64,000 nucleotides of DNA from contig NZ_JBHYEM010000002.1 of assembly GCF_051860145.1 (NCBI RefSeq), forward strand, positions 277,780 through 341,779, in the 5' to 3' direction. Shown here piece by piece: positions 60,658-64,000 of this stretch. The notes beneath the pieces were generated by a model that was given only the letters and a program-made list of their open reading frames with translations, had not been told where the DNA came from and ran no database searches. Every line of letters starts with the position of its first letter. Position 1 is the stretch's first letter. Made by a program: the position numbers and the translations under genes. The stretch comes from Bosea sp. (in: a-proteobacteria). GTDB taxonomy: Bacteria > Pseudomonadota > Alphaproteobacteria > Rhizobiales > Beijerinckiaceae.

Positions 60658-62667
60658 TCACACCCCGATCTTCCCGCCACCCTTCTTCGTGATCGCCACC
60701 ACGGACGGCCGTACCGGCATGTCCGGCTTGAAGTCCGGCCAGCGGGTCGAGAGGTCCTCGTAGTGGGAGCGGCGGCCGAATGCCGGCCAGTCCGGGCCGT
60801 CATCGCCGGGATGCTGGACGGCGACGAAGGCGGTGGTGTCGTCGGGCGTGAAGCAGGGGCCGCAGAGCTCGGCGCCATGCGGCACGCGGTAGAACAGCCT
60901 GGAGGTGCGGCGCGCCTCACCGTCCGTATCGACCGCCCAGAGCCCGTCGGTGCGGCCGGTTTCCTCGATATTGTTGCCGTCGGTCGCGACCCAGAGGCGG
61001 CCGGCGGAATCGACGACGGCGTTGTCGGGCATGCCGAACCAGCCGTTCTTCGTCGTGTCGGTCGAGAAGCTCGCGCCGACAGCGGCGACGGACGGATCGC
61101 CGCATTTCAGCAGGATCTCCCAGCGTCCCTTCGTCGCCGTGTGGTCGCCGCCATCCTCGATGATCTCGATGATATGGCCGAAGGCGTTCTTGGCCCGCGG
61201 ATTGGCGGCATCAACCTGCTCGTCCTTGCGGCTCGTGTTGTTGGTCAGCATCACATAGACCTTGCCGGTCTGCGGGTTGGGCGTGATGTCCTCGGGGCGG
61301 TCCATCTTGGTCGCACCCAGCAGATCGCCGGCGCGGCGGGTCTCGATCAGCACGTCGGCCTGGCTCTCGAAGCCGTTGGCGGCGGTCAGCGGCCCCTGGC
61401 CGAAGACGAGCGGCAGCCATTCGACGCTGCCATCGGCCGAGAATTTCGCGACATGGAGCGTGCCGGAATCGAGCAGATCGAGGTTAGCAGCGCGATTGGC
61501 CGGGTCGAAGCGACCTTCGGTCACGAACTTGTAGACATAGTCGAAGCGCTCGTCGTCGCCGAGATAGGCGACGACGCGGCCGTCCCTGGCGACGATGTTG
61601 TCGGCGCCTTCATGCTTGCAGCGGCCGAGTGCGGTGCGCTTCTTCGGGACCGAGTTCGGATCGAGCGGATCGACCTCGACCACCCAGCCGAAGCGGTTGG
61701 CCTCGTTCGGCTCGCGGCCGAGGTCGAAGCGCTCCTCGAAGCGGCCCCAGGCATAAGGCGAGGACGGCACCGCCAGGCGCTTGTAATTCGCCTCCTCGCG
61801 GTGGCCCTCCGGCAGCTTGCCGGAGAAATAGCCGTGAAAATTCTCCTCGCCGGAGACGAAGGTGCCCCAGGGCGTCAGCGCGCCCGAGCAGTTGTTGAGC
61901 GTGCCGAGCACCTTGCGGCCGCTCGGGTCGACCTTGGTCTTGACGCGGTCATGGCCGGCGACCGGGCCGGAGAGCTGCATCTCGGTCGCGACCGTGATGC
62001 GCCGGTTGTACCTGGAATCCTTCACCAGCTCCCATTTGCCGTCGACGCGCCGTATCTCGGCGACGGTCGCGCCATGCGCCATGGCCTCGACGGCGTAGCG
62101 CTCGGGCGTGGCGTTCTTCATCACCGGCTTGCCGTCCTTCATCTCGACGACGCCGGGGAACATCAGGTGAGGATTGGTGTATTCGTGATTGACGAAGAGC
62201 AGGCCGTGGGCCGACGGATCGGCAGCGCCCGGCATCGGGGTGTAGCCGACGAAGTCGTTATTATAGCCGAACTGCTTCGCCTGGGCCTCCGGCGTCTGCC
62301 TGGCGGGGTCGAAGGCCGGCGCGTCAGTGGTGATCGGATCGCCCCAGCGCAGCAGCACCTGCGCATCGTAGCCCTCGGCGACATGATGATCGGCATCGAC
62401 GCCGATCTCGACCTCCTTGAAGGCGAAGGCCGAGCCGTTGCCTTTGGCCTGCGCCCTGGCCTGCTCGGCGGTCGCCAGCGCCGCAGTGCCGACCGTCGCC
62501 GAGATCGCGGACACCGCGAGCGCGCCCTTGAGCAGGCCGCGGCGCGAGAAGCGCTGGCCGATCAACTCGCCCATGGTCGGGTTGTCGCTCGGGTTCTGCG
62601 GCGGCGCATCGCCCGCCTCGAGCATGCTCGCGCCGAAGGGTGTTTCGAAATCGTCGTCGGCGCTCAT
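60658..62667 (-). CDS. phoX: Tat-exported PhoX-family alkaline phosphatase
   Basis: ATG at 62667 (GAGGAC 7 nt upstream). Twin-arginine leader ..QRFSRRGLLKGALAVSA..; about 669 aa of beta-propeller-like PhoX/DUF839 sequence (..YNNDFVGY..., ..RPEDI..NP..G.VY...TNN..). Confidence 0.9.
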   Translation of the reverse strand: MSADDDFETPFGASMLEAGDAPPQNPSDNPTMGELIGQRFSRRGLLKGALAVSAISATVGTAALATAEQARAQAKGNGSAFAFKEVEIGVDADHHVAEGYDAQVLLRWGDPITTDAPAFDPARQTPEAQAKQFGYNNDFVGYTPMPGAADPSAHGLLFVNHEYTNPHLMFPGVVEMKDGKPVMKNATPERYAVEAMAHGATVAEIRRVDGKWELVKDSRYNRRITVATEMQLSGPVAGHDRVKTKVDPSGRKVLGTLNNCSGALTPWGTFVSGEENFHGYFSGKLPEGHREEANYKRLAVPSSPYAWGRFEERFDLGREPNEANRFGWVVEVDPLDPNSVPKKRTALGRCKHEGADNIVARDGRVVAYLGDDERFDYVYKFVTEGRFDPANRAANLDLLDSGTLHVAKFSADGSVEWLPLVFGQGPLTAANGFESQADVLIETRRAGDLLGATKMDRPEDITPNPQTGKVYVMLTNNTSRKDEQVDAANPRAKNAFGHIIEIIEDGGDHTATKGRWEILLKCGDPSVAAVGASFSTDTTKNGWFGMPDNAVVDSAGRLWVATDGNNIEETGRTDGLWAVDTDGEARRTSRLFYRVPHGAELCGPCFTPDDTTAFVAVQHPGDDGPDWPAFGRRSHYEDLSTRWPDFKPDMPVRPSVVAITKKGGGKIGV

Positions 62668-62889
62668 GCCCATCGTCCTCGCCAGTCTTGCTCGATCGCT
62701 TGCATGCAAGCTTCACATTCGACCAAGTCGAGAGATAGGCCCGCGGCTTGACAGGTCCGTGACAGGCGTCCTCGACATGCAGCGCCGTCGCTCCCGGCCT
62801 TTCGAGCCCTGGTCTTTTCTGGTTGAAGGAAAAGCTCATTTCGGCCGCGCTCCCCGGTGCGGCTTTCCGCCACCGCTGCAGAGCGCCCG

Positions 62890-64000
62890 ATGTCGATCGT
62901 CTTTTCCGCGCTGGTCGCGGCCTTTGTGGGCTTTGCCGCCTCGGTCGCCGTCGTGCTCGCCGCCGCGCAGGCCATTGGCGCGACGCAAGGACAGACGGTG
63001 TCCTGGATCGTCGGGCTGGCGATCGCCAAGGGTCTGGCCAGCATCGTCCTGTCCTGGCGCCACCGCATGCCGATCATCTGCGCCTGGTCGACGCCGGGCG
63101 CCGCCCTGATCGCCGCGGCCAGCGGCTTCGACCTCGCGGCCGCGATCGGCGGCTTTCTCGCCGCTGCGGCGCTGATGATGCTGACCGCGACCTTCCGGCC
63201 GCTCGGCGCGCTGATCGAGCGCATTCCGATGGGCATCGCCTCCGCCATGCTCGCCGGCGTGATCTTCCGCTTCGTCGTGGCGGTCTTCGACGAGATGAAG
63301 CTGCAGCCCGTCCTCGTTTTGACCCTTCTCGCGGTCTTCCTCGTCGCGCGGCTGATCAACCCCTTCCTCGGCGTCATCGCCGCGCTCGTCGCCGGCCTGG
63401 CGCTCGCCTTCGGCACCGGGATGGCGAGCCTCCCTGCCGGAAACGTCGCGCTGACCGATCTCGTCCTGACCTGGCCGCGCTTCGACCTGACGGCGATCAT
63501 CGGCATCGGCATTCCGCTCTACCTCGTCACCATGGCGGCGCAGAATCTGCCCGGCTTCGCCGTGCTGCGCGCCGCCGGCTACAATCCGCCGACGGCATCC
63601 TGCCTGTTCGTCACCGGGTTGACCTCCTTCCTCGCCGCTCCGCTCGGCGCGCATATGGTCAACATGGCGGCGATCAGCGCCTCGATCTGCACCGGGGCCG
63701 ACACCCATCCCGACCCCAAGCAGCGCTGGAAGGCCGGCATCGTCTACGGCCTGTTCTGGCTCGCGATCGCCGCTACCGCGGGCCTCCTGCTCGCGCTCAT
63801 CATCGCCATGCCCAAGGCGCTGATCGTCGCCGTCGCGGGCCTGGGCCTCGTCGGCTCGCTGACCGGCGCGCTGGGCCAGTCCATGGCCAAGGATTCCGAG
63901 CGCTTCGCCGCCGTCATCACCTTCGCGGTCGCGGCGTCCAGCCTCTCCCTCTTCGGCGTCGGCTCGGCCTTCTGGAGCCTGGTCGCCGGGCTTGCGGTCT
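62890..64000 (+). CDS. benE: BenE-family benzoate/H+ symporter-like transporter (3' end beyond the window)
   Basis: My own translation from ATG 62890: MSIVFSALVAAFVGFAASVAVVLAAAQAIGAT...PLYLVTMAAQNLPGFAVLRAAGY.. It stays open to base 64000 and is absent from the ORF track, presumably because it is truncated. Confidence 0.8.
   Translation, partial: MSIVFSALVAAFVGFAASVAVVLAAAQAIGATQGQTVSWIVGLAIAKGLASIVLSWRHRMPIICAWSTPGAALIAAASGFDLAAAIGGFLAAAALMMLTATFRPLGALIERIPMGIASAMLAGVIFRFVVAVFDEMKLQPVLVLTLLAVFLVARLINPFLGVIAALVAGLALAFGTGMASLPAGNVALTDLVLTWPRFDLTAIIGIGIPLYLVTMAAQNLPGFAVLRAAGYNPPTASCLFVTGLTSFLAAPLGAHMVNMAAISASICTGADTHPDPKQRWKAGIVYGLFWLAIAATAGLLLALIIAMPKALIVAVAGLGLVGSLTGALGQSMAKDSERFAAVITFAVAASSLSLFGVGSAFWSLVAGLAV

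Overview
High-G+C chromosomal segment with the gene content and order of an alphaproteobacterium, probably Hyphomicrobiales/Rhizobiales-like; no species can be assigned from the sequence alone. It is mostly core genome, with about 62 protein genes that I could place by reading the translated ORFs. Main blocks, left to right: (1) an ECF sigma factor with two YCII/DGPF genes and a RibD_C-type reductase; (2) ygfZ-tag-HD; (3) malate synthase; (4) gpmI; (5) fhs; (6) a Cache-HAMP-GGDEF cyclase; (7) idnD/idnO; (8) the formaldehyde operon frmR-frmA-fghA; (9) two outer-membrane protein loci; (10) a long minus-strand run glmM-ftsH-tilS-cpoB-pal-tolBARQ ... ybgC ... ruvBAC; (11) yebC, a globin-coupled chemoreceptor, ymdB and the 5-formyl-THF cyclo-ligase; (12) ddlA, zapA and the tkt-gap-pgk-fba cluster; (13) phoX and a truncated benE. 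I found no rRNA, tRNA, CRISPR array, transposase, integrase or phage genes. I also found no convincing novel multi-gene system such as a defence island. Many long ORFs in the supplied track lie antisense to clearly recognisable genes and are G+C-composition artefacts. The points worth a second look are small and local. (a) A single-gene LMW-phosphatase cassette sits at the 3' end of fba, flanked by a 64-nt duplication of the fba terminus. (b) A GNAT gene is coupled by GTGA overlaps between ruvA and ruvB. (c) A TetR-DUF2852 module with two related 19-bp palindromes is inserted between ybgC and tolQ. (d) A structured region of about 165 nt lies between the ftsH stop and its terminator. (e) A probable 6S RNA lies upstream of the 5-FCL gene, with ddlA, ycxB and a repeat inserted into the usual zapA-ssrS neighbourhood. 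(f) Two REP/MITE-like intergenic repeat families are present. (g) A lower-G+C islet carries orphan ORFs, including a 30-aa hydrophobic peptide with a strong Shine-Dalgarno (SD) sequence. (h) Two paralogous outer-membrane barrel genes are present. All coordinates and alignments were worked out by hand and need computational confirmation.
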